64,000 bases of DNA, from contig CAWCMR010000015.1 in NCBI GenBank assembly GCA_963796685.1, positions 404,164 through 468,163 of the forward strand, given 5' to 3'. Every line of letters starts with the position of its first letter. Position 1 is the stretch's first letter. Under the pieces are notes generated by a model. That model saw only the letters and a program-made list of their open reading frames with translations. It searched no databases and was not told the origin of the DNA. The translations under genes were made by a program, and so were the position numbers. Below are positions 18,746 to 27,556 of this stretch, in pieces. Source of the DNA: an uncultured delta proteobacterium (GTDB lineage Bacteria > Myxococcota_A > Polyangia > Fen-1088).

Positions 18746-18947
18746 GGCTTCCTCCTCCTGAAAGCTTCCATCTTATCAAGTGGCGGTGCTCTATCCAACG
18801 CTCTACGACCGCCGTCACCGACGGAGAACGACCAGAAGGGCGCGATGCTTCGTTTTATTGTTCGCACGGAGGGGCTGAAAAGGACGGTCTGGGTGGGGCA
18901 AGCCGATTGTATTTGACTTAATATCTACGATGTGGATAAATACAGGC

Positions 18948-19205
18948 ATGCAAGTCATGGAAAACTCGCAACGAAACAGGAAACCTGCAAAAGTGGTCGC
19001 TGATTTGGGCCGGCCAAGAACACGACCACCTGGCGAAAACACCGTCTTGTCTTTCAAGGCGACGGACGAATTCATCGCCACGCTGGACAAGGCGGCCGAG
19101 GAACTGACACGCGAACGTCCGCCTGGTAGCTCGAAAGTGTCCAGGACCGAGACGATCAAGATCCTGCTGACTGAAGCCCTGGCCGCTCGCTCGAAGCGTC
19201 AGTAG
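18948..19205 (+). CDS. ribbon-helix-helix (CopG-like) regulator
   Basis: GRP motif, strand VLSFKA, helices DEFIATLDKAA and SRTETIKILLTEAL. Confidence 0.7.
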   Translation: MQVMENSQRNRKPAKVVADLGRPRTRPPGENTVLSFKATDEFIATLDKAAEELTRERPPGSSKVSRTETIKILLTEALAARSKRQ

Positions 19206-19312
19206 CCCGCGCCGTAGCTGCGCGCCACCTCTACCCCCCGCAACGAAAGTGGGGCGCCACCACGCGAATGGTGCGCCCCGTGGTCGAGAACCCCGACGAA
19301 GGAGATACCGAC

Positions 19313-19696
19313 ATGCGAACCGTACCACGCCCGAAGAGAACCGCGCCACGTGAACGAGTAGCGACCCAAGCCGAGATCGCCGACGCCACCCGCCGATGCC
19401 GGGAGGCCCGAGAGCAACACCGCGTGCTCGCGCCCGCGCCTGAACCGCAACAGGCCAACTTGTGCGGCGCCCTGGTGCTCCTTGCCCGCTGGCGCCGTTG
19501 TTCCATCTGCGGCAGCGAAAGCCTGTTCACCGATGAGCGTGGCCGTGCTGACAGTGACGTTGAATGCGGGCTGTGTGTCCAGGTTCGCGAAGACCTGGCC
19601 AAGCGCCTTCGCTTCGTGAAGCTGTCCGAGAGGGTGCGCTTCCACCTGGGAGCACTCTGCAGCACCGGCAACGACAACGGCGGGGCGGTGGCATGA
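19313..19696 (+). CDS. hypothetical Zn-binding protein (element)
   Basis: AAGGAG RBS; CSIC...CGLC. Confidence 0.6.
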   Translation: MRTVPRPKRTAPRERVATQAEIADATRRCREAREQHRVLAPAPEPQQANLCGALVLLARWRRCSICGSESLFTDERGRADSDVECGLCVQVREDLAKRLRFVKLSERVRFHLGALCSTGNDNGGAVA

Positions 19697-19905
19697 GGTT
19701 CCGCCGGCAGAACCGCGAAGCCGTCCGCACGGTGAGCCTTCGCCTGCGCAAGAAGCTGACAGCGATCGACGATGCGACAAGCGACGCCGACGATCTGCTG
19801 TCCGAGCTTGAAGAAGCGGCCGGGCTTGTTCGTGACGACGGTTCACGCATCGATGAAGCGAAGGGCGGCCAAGCTCGTCTGAGGAAGGGAGGGCGGCAAC
19901 CATGA
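19693..19905 (+). CDS. small hypothetical protein coupled to the integrase
   Basis: ATGA overlaps at both ends. Confidence 0.55.
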   Translation: MRFRRQNREAVRTVSLRLRKKLTAIDDATSDADDLLSELEEAAGLVRDDGSRIDEAKGGQARLRKGGRQP

Positions 19906-21206
19906 TCGAGCTGATAGAAATCGCCGAGGTGCCAGCCCAAGAATCGACCGCGACGAAGACGCCCACCAAGGGCAAGGCCAAGCGGCGAAGGAAAAAGCGC
20001 GGCTTTGGCCAAGGCAGCATTCGCAAGCGCGGGCTGTCGTGGTCGATCGCGTGGAGGGAAGGCGGCCGGCGACGGTTCGCCACAGCCCCCGACGAGGACA
20101 CGGCAAGGCGCATGCTCGCCAAGATTCTCAGTGACGCCGCGCTGGGCACCGTGGGGCTCAAGCCGGACACCAAGAACGCGCCCACCTTGGGCGAGCTATC
20201 CGCGCCCTGGCTCAAGCGGCGCGAGAAGACCCACCGAGCTTGGCGGGATGATGCCTGCCGCTGGCGCGTGCACCTTGGACCGGCATTCGACGCGCTGAAA
20301 CCCCACGAGGTAGACGCGGCTACCATTCGGCGATTTGTCGAGGGCAAGCTTGCCGAGGGCCTGGCCGCTTCGACGGTCGGGCATTGCATCCGGCTGTTGT
20401 CGACGTTCTTCTGTGACGTGGTCGAGCAGGGCCACGCTGCCAGCAACCCAATCGCGGCCCTGCCCCGTTCGACCCGGCGGCTATACCGAAGCACCCACGA
20501 CCCACGCACGACTGGCTTTCTTGAGAAGCTGGAAGACATCCGCCGCGTGTTCCTGGCCCTTCCCGAACCGATCAACGTGGCCTTCGCCGTGGGGGCCTTC
20601 GCGGGGCTGCGCACCGGGGAAGTGCTGGGCCTGACCTGGCCTGACATCGACCTCGAGGGCCGGCGCATTCACGTGCGCCAGCAAATCCAAGATGGCAAGG
20701 TTGGGCCGCTCAAGGACAGCGAAAGCCGCGTGGTGCCCCTGCAAGCATCCCTGGCCCCCATCTTGGCGGCTTACAAGCTTGCCACCGGCGCCGACGGCTT
20801 CCTCTTCAAGCCCGCAGTGCCCGACCGGGGCGGCCGGCCGGAGCTGGGCAGCGAACCGCAATTCATGCGACCCCAGACCCTCCACGCACACTTGAGCAAG
20901 GCCCTGACCGAATGCGGCCTGCCCAAGCTCACCTGGTACATGTGCAGCCGGCACACCTTCGCCAGCCAATTCGTGCTCGGCGGGGGAAGCCTCGAGGTCC
21001 TGCGCCAGGTGATGGGGCATTCCTCGGTCACCACCACGGAGCGCTACAGCCACCTCAAGCCCGACCTGTTCCGCGAGTCGGCCTTCGACGTGATGAAGGT
21101 AGACCTTGGCGCGCCGAAGGGGGCCGTGGTATCAATGCCGCCAGCTCGGCAACGTTTGACGTCAACGCCTTCTGACGAAGCCGAGCAAACTAGCCTAACA
21201 GCCTGA
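19902..21206 (+). CDS. tyrosine recombinase / phage integrase
   Basis: GQGSIRKRG arm-binding N-terminus; AGLRTGE; YMCSRHTFAS; MGHSS..TTERY. Confidence 0.96.
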   Translation: MIELIEIAEVPAQESTATKTPTKGKAKRRRKKRGFGQGSIRKRGLSWSIAWREGGRRRFATAPDEDTARRMLAKILSDAALGTVGLKPDTKNAPTLGELSAPWLKRREKTHRAWRDDACRWRVHLGPAFDALKPHEVDAATIRRFVEGKLAEGLAASTVGHCIRLLSTFFCDVVEQGHAASNPIAALPRSTRRLYRSTHDPRTTGFLEKLEDIRRVFLALPEPINVAFAVGAFAGLRTGEVLGLTWPDIDLEGRRIHVRQQIQDGKVGPLKDSESRVVPLQASLAPILAAYKLATGADGFLFKPAVPDRGGRPELGSEPQFMRPQTLHAHLSKALTECGLPKLTWYMCSRHTFASQFVLGGGSLEVLRQVMGHSSVTTTERYSHLKPDLFRESAFDVMKVDLGAPKGAVVSMPPARQRLTSTPSDEAEQTSLTA

Positions 21207-21219
21207 AATTCTTCCGTTT

Positions 21220-21292
21220 GCGCGAGTAGCTCAGCTGGTAGAGCATCGGCTTCCCAAGCCGAGGGTCGCGGGTCCGAGCCCCGTCTCGCGCT
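21220..21292 (+). tRNA. tRNA-Gly(CCC), reconstituted at right att
   Basis: Acceptor GCGCGAG/CTCGCGC + U73; anticodon arm TCGGC-TTCCCAA-GCCGA; T-loop TCCGAGC. Confidence 0.9.
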
Positions 21293-21360
21293 CTCGCGAT
21301 CTGCGTTGGGCATGTGGCCATCCGCCTCCGGTGCCACCCAGGTGGTGCGTCGTCATCATC

Positions 21361-21412
21361 ATCCCGCGATAGCCGCAGGGTCTTGGCCTTGGTCGTGGCG
21401 GCGACGGGATTA
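21361..21412. repeat. short copy of TAATCCCGCGA-ended MITE-like family
   Basis: ATCCCGCGATAGCCGCAG...CGGGATTA. Confidence 0.6.
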
Positions 21413-21476
21413 GGACGTCATGACCCTGGAAATTTTTCGCGACGGTGGGGCTTCGGCCGACCAGACTCTGCCCCGG

Positions 21477-22640
21477 TGACACCGACGAGCCAGGCAACCC
21501 CCAACAAATGGTTGGTGACCATCTCGATCACCTTCGGGACCTTGATGGGCGCCATCGACATGTCCATCGTCAATGTCGCCATCCCACACGTGCGCGGCGC
21601 CTTCGGCGCCTCGGTCGACGAGATCACCTGGGTCTCGACCGGCTACATCATCGCCAACGTCATCGTCATGCCCTTGGTCGCCTGGCTTGGACGTCGCTTC
21701 GGGCGCAAGAAAGTCTACCAGTCGTGCATGCTTCTGTTCCTTGTCGGCTCGTTCTTCTGCGGCACCGCGCGGTCGCTCGGAACCCTGGTCTTCTTTCGCA
21801 TCTTGCAAGGTCTTGGGGCAGGGGGGCTGCAGCCCACCGAGCAGGCCATCTTGCGCGAGACGTTTCCGCTCGAGGAGCAGGCGACGGCCATGTCCCTCTT
21901 CGGCCTGGCGGTGATGATCGGCCCCGCCATCGGGCCGACGCTGGGCGGTTGGCTCGTGGACCATCAGTCTTGGCCCTGGATCTTCTACGTCAACCTTCCC
22001 GTCGGCGCGCTCGGTCTCATCATGGTCCAGCGCTTCGTGCACGATCCCGAGTTCCTGGTGGCCGGCAAAGAGCTGGCACGTCGCGAGAAGGTCGACTATC
22101 TCGGGCTGGCCCTGCTGGCCGTAGGTCTCGGCTCGTTTCAGCTTCTGCTCGAGCGCGGCGACCAGCTCGATTGGTTCTCGAGCCGCGAGATCGATACCTT
22201 GGCAGTTGTCGCCGCGATCGCCCTGACCGCATTCGTGATCCGCGAGCTCACCGCGGAGCATCCCCAAGACCAAGATGAGCGCCGCCACCGGGCTTTACAA
22301 TCTGGTTCGCAATCTCGGCGGCTCGGTTGGCACCGCCATTATCGCCGTCCTGTTCGAGCGCGCGCAGGGGTTCGCCTACAACGACCTCGCGGGCCACATC
22401 ACGCCCGCCCAGCCCCAGGTCGCCGCGCGGCTGAGGGTCGCGCATTCGCTGCTCGCCAGCCGCTTCGGCTTCGCCTCTTCGATGGACACCCTGCGCCTGC
22501 TCGATCTGGAGGTCACGCGCCAGGTGGTGCTACTGGCCTTCGAGCGCGTCTTCGCCATCATCGGGCTTGTCTTCTTCGCCTCGATCCCCTTCGTCCTGTT
22601 GCTCGAAAACGTGCGTCCGCACCGGCAAAAGAGCGCGTGA
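21477..22640 (+). pseudogene. DHA2 (EmrB/QacA) MFS transporter with internal deletion and frame change
   Basis: DMSIVNVAIP, WVSTGY and RILQGLG up to ELTAEHP, then a jump at ~22263 to PKTKMSAATGLYNLVRNLGGSVG in another frame; several TM helices missing. Start approximate. Confidence 0.8.
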
Positions 22641-22688
22641 GACACGCGTGTTGCCGAGGCTGAATGGATACGATTTGCGGCTACGCCC

Positions 22689-22802
22689 TAATCCCGCGAC
22701 AAGAAGCGCGACAGCGCGGACGCACCCAATCGTAGGGATGACGGGTGGCCATCGACGCAGACACGGCCACGACCACGACTTTCTGCGGCCATCGCGGGAT
22801 TG
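22689..22802. repeat. MITE-like copy (reverse orientation)
   Basis: TAATCCCGCGACAAG...GCGGCCATCGCGGGATTG with internal ACGGCC/ACGACC hexamers. Confidence 0.7.
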
Positions 22803-22806
22803 GGGG

Positions 22807-23322
22807 CTATGCCAGGCCGCCTGCGCGGGAGAGAATGTGCTCGTCGAAATCGGCGGAGATGCTTCCCGAGGCCTTGAGCGGTCGGAGGCCTGGTAACCTC
22901 GCGGCTCCGTTCGTGGGGGCCTGCTCGCGCAGGAAGGCGGCCAGTTGGCGGTCGGTGTTGCGCACGTGGTACTCGACCCAGTCTTCCAGCATGAAGTAGA
23001 TGGAGGATCTGGTTTCCTCGGCGGACTGCTTGCATGCGACGCTTGCGGCGATGGTTCTGGCTTCGCGGCGGACATGATCGTGGAAGGCCGTGTGGAAGCG
23101 GCGGCTTTGGTAGCCTTGTTCGAGCATGGCCAGCTCCTCGGCGGCGAAATGGTACTCGAGGTAGGAAACCATGAAAGTCACGGCTCGACGGAACTGCTCT
23201 GGGCTTCGCGCAAGCTCGTCCGAGTAGAGGATCTCGTTGGCCATGGCGAACAGGGTGCGAAGCTGACCATCGATGTCGGCGTTTCCTGTCTCCAGCTCCG
23301 GTGTGGTCTCGAATCGATGCAT
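22807..23322 (-). CDS. bacteriohemerythrin-family protein
   Basis: LETGNADIDGQL, HFAAEELAM, HTAFH and WVEYHVRNTD. Confidence 0.88.
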   Translation of the reverse strand: MHRFETTPELETGNADIDGQLRTLFAMANEILYSDELARSPEQFRRAVTFMVSYLEYHFAAEELAMLEQGYQSRRFHTAFHDHVRREARTIAASVACKQSAEETRSSIYFMLEDWVEYHVRNTDRQLAAFLREQAPTNGAARLPGLRPLKASGSISADFDEHILSRAGGLA

Positions 23323-23720
23323 GGCTTCCTCCGATGACAAAGCGGCCCGAGAATCATGGAAGGTCCACGGCCGCACAATTCCAAGCCTGTTCTCCTTTTC
23401 GGTGGTTGGATGGCTTGGCTTGAGCCCATGGGGTAGGATTTCTTGATAAATCTCATGGCGCGGTTGGTCCCAGGTGCCGCGCAATGACATTCACCTGCCC
23501 CACGGGCTAAGCACGCTTTTTCCTTCTCGGCTGCGGCCTTTGCCGCATTTCGTGCTAGCTTGGCTCCCTCGGTTTTCCCTGGCGGGCGGGCTATGGCTGC
23601 TTCTCTGAAGCAACGCAGCCCACCTTGCCATTGACGAGAGCGCCCAAAACAACTACGAAAGGCGCTGCATTCACGATAGATGAACCTGCCCTGATTCACA
23701 CGCAAGGAAGGGCGTACGCC

Positions 23721-25112
23721 ATGAAGACCATCACCGAGTTTTCCGGAATCCTGCTGCAGCGGGCAGCAGAGGCCCAACGGGCCTACCGGGCAGAGCACCC
23801 GCAGCAGGCTACTCCACCGGCAGAGGTCGGTCCAACGGCGGTGCTGGCTGTCGCGGAGGGCGCAAGCGCGGACGAGGTGGCCCCTGCCGCCGAGGCGGTC
23901 GCCGAGGGCGAAGCTGTTCCACCGGAAACCGCCTCGGACGGTGCTGCGGCAAATTCCGAAGTCGCGTCCGGCGAGAGCGATGCAGGTGAAACGAGCTCCG
24001 CGGGCGAAACCGGTTCCGAGGTACAGGCCGAGGCCGCCCCCGCACCCGCACCCGAATTGGGCAGCGGGCCCGAAGCGGAAGCGGTCGGCGCTGCGCTCCA
24101 GGTCGAGGGCGATCGATTGAGCCGGTTGATGGAGGCGCTCGACGTCGTGGGCAGGCGCGTGGCCCAGGTTCGCCTGGTACGGGTGATCCAGGCCGAGACC
24201 GCGCCGGTGGGAGCGCAGAAGCGCGGCGAGCTCTTCTACCTCATCGACTTGACGCCGCGGCCGCAGAGCATGCAGCGCGACTCCTTCGACTCGCGCGACG
24301 GGGATCGACGCCGCGGTCAGGGTGGACGCGATCGGGGCGGCCACGCCGGTAATCGAGGACCGGGTGGTCCGCGCGGCGGCGGTCCCGGCGGCGCGGGCGG
24401 TCCACGCGGCGCGGGCGGCCCGGGAGGCCCCGGCCGAGGTGGCAAATTCAGCAACGATCGTCCAGGTCGCGACGGCGACGGCCGCGAGGCTCGCGGAGAA
24501 ACGCCGCGCGCGGGTGCAGGCTGGATGCTGTCTCGTCCCTCGGACAATGGCCGGGTCTACGCCGAAGACGCCAACGCGGCCCGCAACGAGCGTCGCCCAG
24601 CAGGGGATCGCCGTCCTCCTGGAGATCGCCGCCCACCGCGGGATCCACGCTTCGACAACCGCGGCCCGCGCCCGCCCATGGGTGCGCCGGGAGAGGGTCC
24701 ACCGCGCGGGCCTCGCCCACAAAATGCGGAGGGTGGTCCAGGCGCGCCGCGAGGCGAGGGCAGGGGTGATCGGCCTTCTTTCGGACCTCGTTCGGGAGAC
24801 GGCAGCGCGCGGCCAGGGCCTCGCAGTCCCGGCAACGGCGGACGCGGTTTCGGTCCAAGGCGGCCCGACGGGGGCAATGGCCGTCCCGACGGCGGGGGCG
24901 CTGGACGCATGCGAGACGACCGCAATTGGTCCGGACGTCGGCGCGGCGGCTGGGACGAGCCGGCCGTACCGGAAGTCACGGATGTCGCGGCTGCTGCGAC
25001 GACGCCGGTAGCACCGCCAGCGGTCGCCCCACCGTCCTCACAAGCGCCTGCGCCGATGGAGAACGCGCCGGTCGAGGGCAACGGCGACTCGACGCCGAAC
25101 AGCGAGTCCTAG
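23721..25112 (+). CDS. hypothetical protein: small folded core plus acidic and RG/RGG-rich disordered regions
   Basis: AAGGAAGG RBS; MKTITEFSG...; EGDRLSRLMEALDVVG..VRLVRV core; long Gly/Arg/Pro tail. Confidence 0.8.
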   Translation: MKTITEFSGILLQRAAEAQRAYRAEHPQQATPPAEVGPTAVLAVAEGASADEVAPAAEAVAEGEAVPPETASDGAAANSEVASGESDAGETSSAGETGSEVQAEAAPAPAPELGSGPEAEAVGAALQVEGDRLSRLMEALDVVGRRVAQVRLVRVIQAETAPVGAQKRGELFYLIDLTPRPQSMQRDSFDSRDGDRRRGQGGRDRGGHAGNRGPGGPRGGGPGGAGGPRGAGGPGGPGRGGKFSNDRPGRDGDGREARGETPRAGAGWMLSRPSDNGRVYAEDANAARNERRPAGDRRPPGDRRPPRDPRFDNRGPRPPMGAPGEGPPRGPRPQNAEGGPGAPRGEGRGDRPSFGPRSGDGSARPGPRSPGNGGRGFGPRRPDGGNGRPDGGGAGRMRDDRNWSGRRRGGWDEPAVPEVTDVAAAATTPVAPPAVAPPSSQAPAPMENAPVEGNGDSTPNSES

Positions 25113-25121
25113 TCTAGATAG

Positions 25122-26030
25122 TCAGCGCGCCTGGCTGCGAGCTCGATGGCTCACCAGGCGCTTGACGTCGTGGAATCGCACTTCGCCCAGCGGGGGCAGC
25201 AAGGTGGGCTCGCAGGTATAGAGCAGGACCTGCCGACCGCCACGCGTGGCCAGATTGAGCACCGACACCAAGTCGGCTGGGGCTGAGTTGTTTGCGCCTT
25301 GGGATGCGCCCGCGGGTGCCCCGGGTCCGGCGCCAGCCATCGGGAACGGAACGCTTGCACTGCTCGGGCGAGGCTCGACCCCACGCGACTCGGCGGGTGC
25401 AGCCAGAGGGGCTCGCTGCGAATCGATCGCGGCTCGGCCGAAGTAGATGATGGCCAGGGTCGTCTTGTCGTCGGTTTGCGGCTGGCGAGCCTCGGCGCCG
25501 CGACCGTTCGGGTGCATAATGGCGGCCGGATTGTCGCTGTGGCCGAGCCCGAGCACGTGGCCGAGCTCGTGGGTCACGACCGCTTGCAAATCGAAGCGGC
25601 CTGTCGCACCTTCGCGGGGAGCGGTGAAGGCGTGGTCGCACTCGTTCAGCTCGACGGTCGCCGCCGTGACCACGCCATCGTTCAGGCTGGCCGTGAATTC
25701 CGACTTGCCGAGGTCGATGGTCTCGCCGCGCCACTTGTCGCGACAGAACTTGATGGTGACGTCGGGGCTCGTGCCCGTGGTCACGACCAGGTGCGGTTGG
25801 CCAGCGCGAACGGAGTTCCAGGTCTCGGCCGCTCGCTGCACCGCCAGCGCGACGCCCTCCCGCGCGATGCTTCGGCTGGGGGCGGAAGGCTCAACCCCGA
25901 CCGAGATCTCCGCTCTCGTCCAGTGCACCAGCGAGCCCGATCGCGTCTTGAGCAGCTCGGTCCTTGCCGATGCCTCACCGGCGCACAGGAGTACGCCGGC
26001 CAGACACGTGCAACGCAACGGTAGACGCAT
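25122..26030 (-). CDS. matrixin-family (M10) zinc metalloprotease, secreted
   Basis: HELGHVLGLGHS plus Met-turn AIMHP; signal peptide. Confidence 0.9.
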   Translation of the reverse strand: MRLPLRCTCLAGVLLCAGEASARTELLKTRSGSLVHWTRAEISVGVEPSAPSRSIAREGVALAVQRAAETWNSVRAGQPHLVVTTGTSPDVTIKFCRDKWRGETIDLGKSEFTASLNDGVVTAATVELNECDHAFTAPREGATGRFDLQAVVTHELGHVLGLGHSDNPAAIMHPNGRGAEARQPQTDDKTTLAIIYFGRAAIDSQRAPLAAPAESRGVEPRPSSASVPFPMAGAGPGAPAGASQGANNSAPADLVSVLNLATRGGRQVLLYTCEPTLLPPLGEVRFHDVKRLVSHRARSQAR

Positions 26031-26101
26031 GCCCACCCGTGTTCCATCGGCACATTTCTCACCCATCTGAAGCTCGGATCGCGAGGCCTTCATGGCCCGC
26101 A

Positions 26102-26192
26102 CAATGCCGCGATAGCCGCAGAGGGTCGTGGCCTTGGCGGTGGCCGGTTGTAACTGTCGTTGGCCATGGTCGCGCGTCTTATCGCGGGCTCA
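26102..26192. repeat. MITE-like copy (degenerate)
   Basis: CAATGCCGCGATAGCCGCAGAGGGTCGTGGCC...CTTATCGCGGGCTCA. Confidence 0.6.
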
Positions 26193-26239
26193 GGGGAAAA
26201 CTACGAGACTTTCTTGCGCGGGCGATCTACGAAAGAACC

Positions 26240-27525
26240 GTGAGAAGAACAACGACTAGGTTGAAGACGTTCCAGGTTCTGGCCGTGGCCGCCCTTTGCT
26301 TTGCCATGGGGACGGCAACGGTTTACGCCCAACCCAAAGGCAAGCCTGGCGAGGGGCAGCAGGCGGCCCGAGCGATCGAAAGCGCCTTGCAGAAACATGG
26401 CGGCGATGTGCGACCGCTGTTTCGAGAAGGTTCTGGCCGACCGTCTGGACGCCGCCGGGACGGTCGAGATCACGGTGGCCGTGGGCAAGGCGGGCAAGGT
26501 CACGTCGGCCAAGGTGAAGAAGGCCGACAAGATCGCCAATCCCACGCTCGCGGCTTGCGTCGAGAAAGCCGCGCTCGACTGGACGATCGATGGCATCGAG
26601 CCCGGCGCCAGCGTGGTATTGCCGTTTTCCTTCAAGGCGCAAACCAGCCAATTCCTGATCAACGCAGCCGACGTTCCCGAGCGCGCGCTGGGCGCTCCCG
26701 CGACCAGCAAGGGCAGGGGCGGCCCCAAGCGCAGCGTCCCGTTCACGGTCAAGGTTCTGGCCGACCAGACCAACGTGAAGGCGAAGGACCTTTCGGTGAC
26801 TCTGCTCGCCGTCGGTCCCGCGAGCCGCGTGGCCATGCATCGCCATCCCCACAGCGCCAAGATCCTCTACCTCGTCAAGGGCCACGGCCGGCTCCTGGGT
26901 CCCGAGGGGATCGCCCCCATCAAGCTGGAAGAAGGCACGGGCGTATACCTCCCGCCCGGCTATCCGCACGTCATCGAAAACATGGGCCGGCAATCGACGG
27001 GCGAGTTTTTGCAGGTGTTCTCGCCGCCCGGACCCGAGCGCGTGTACCGCGATCCGAAGGATGCCCAAGGCCGCGCCGATTTCGAGGTCATGCACGATCC
27101 GGCGTCGGCGAAAGTCACCCCCGAGCTGGCGGCCAAGGTGGTGGTGGCCGCTGCCGCGGACGTCAAGGCGATTGCGCTGCCAGGTGGATTGGGCGAGGTC
27201 AAGAATCTCATCACGAGTGGTCCCGGCCAGGCCATGTCGCTGTCGCAGGCTGGAGCTCACGGACGGCGCCGAATTGCAGAGCAGAGGTGACCCTGCCGCC
27301 ACGCAGGCGATGTATTTCGTCTCCGGCGCGGGCACTCTCGAGGTTGCGGGCGAGACCCTGCCATTGGCCGCCGGGTCGCTGGTCTACCTGCCGCGCGGAA
27401 CTCCCTACACCATCAAGGTTGCTGCCGCGGAGAAGGGCGAAAAGATCGTCGCGGTCCAGTTCAAGGTGAACAATCTGTCCAAGGTCCGTGGCTCGTTCCC
27501 CGCGGCTGGCGCGGTTCGAAAGTAA
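26240..27525 (+). pseudogene. exported TonB-C-like (AgmX/PglI C-terminal-type) domain + two cupin domains, two frameshifts
   Basis: Three frames join into one protein: signal peptide...KHGGDV | RCFEKVLAD...MHRHPHSAKILY...AMSLS | LELTDGAE...MYFVSGAGTL. One extra base at ~26411 and one at ~27249. Confidence 0.7.
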
Positions 27526-27556
27526 CGATTCACGGCAACCCGATGGCAAACGAACG

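Larger units (their letters stand above)
8901..21260. mobile_element. integrated phage-satellite (PICI-like) element in tRNA-Gly(CCC), ~12.4 kb
   Basis: Exact 41-bp terminal direct repeats; integrase, primase-helicase, HTH regulators, TerS-like gene and TA cargo; no recognisable capsid, portal, TerL, tail or conjugation genes. Confidence 0.9.

Noticed and set aside
8901-21260. Complete prophage or conjugative ICE
   Set aside because: No recognisable structural, lysis, relaxase or T4SS genes between the att repeats.
24300-24960. Tandem DNA repeat array
   Set aside because: The repetitiveness reflects Gly/Arg/Pro codons of a low-complexity protein; there is no fixed nucleotide period.
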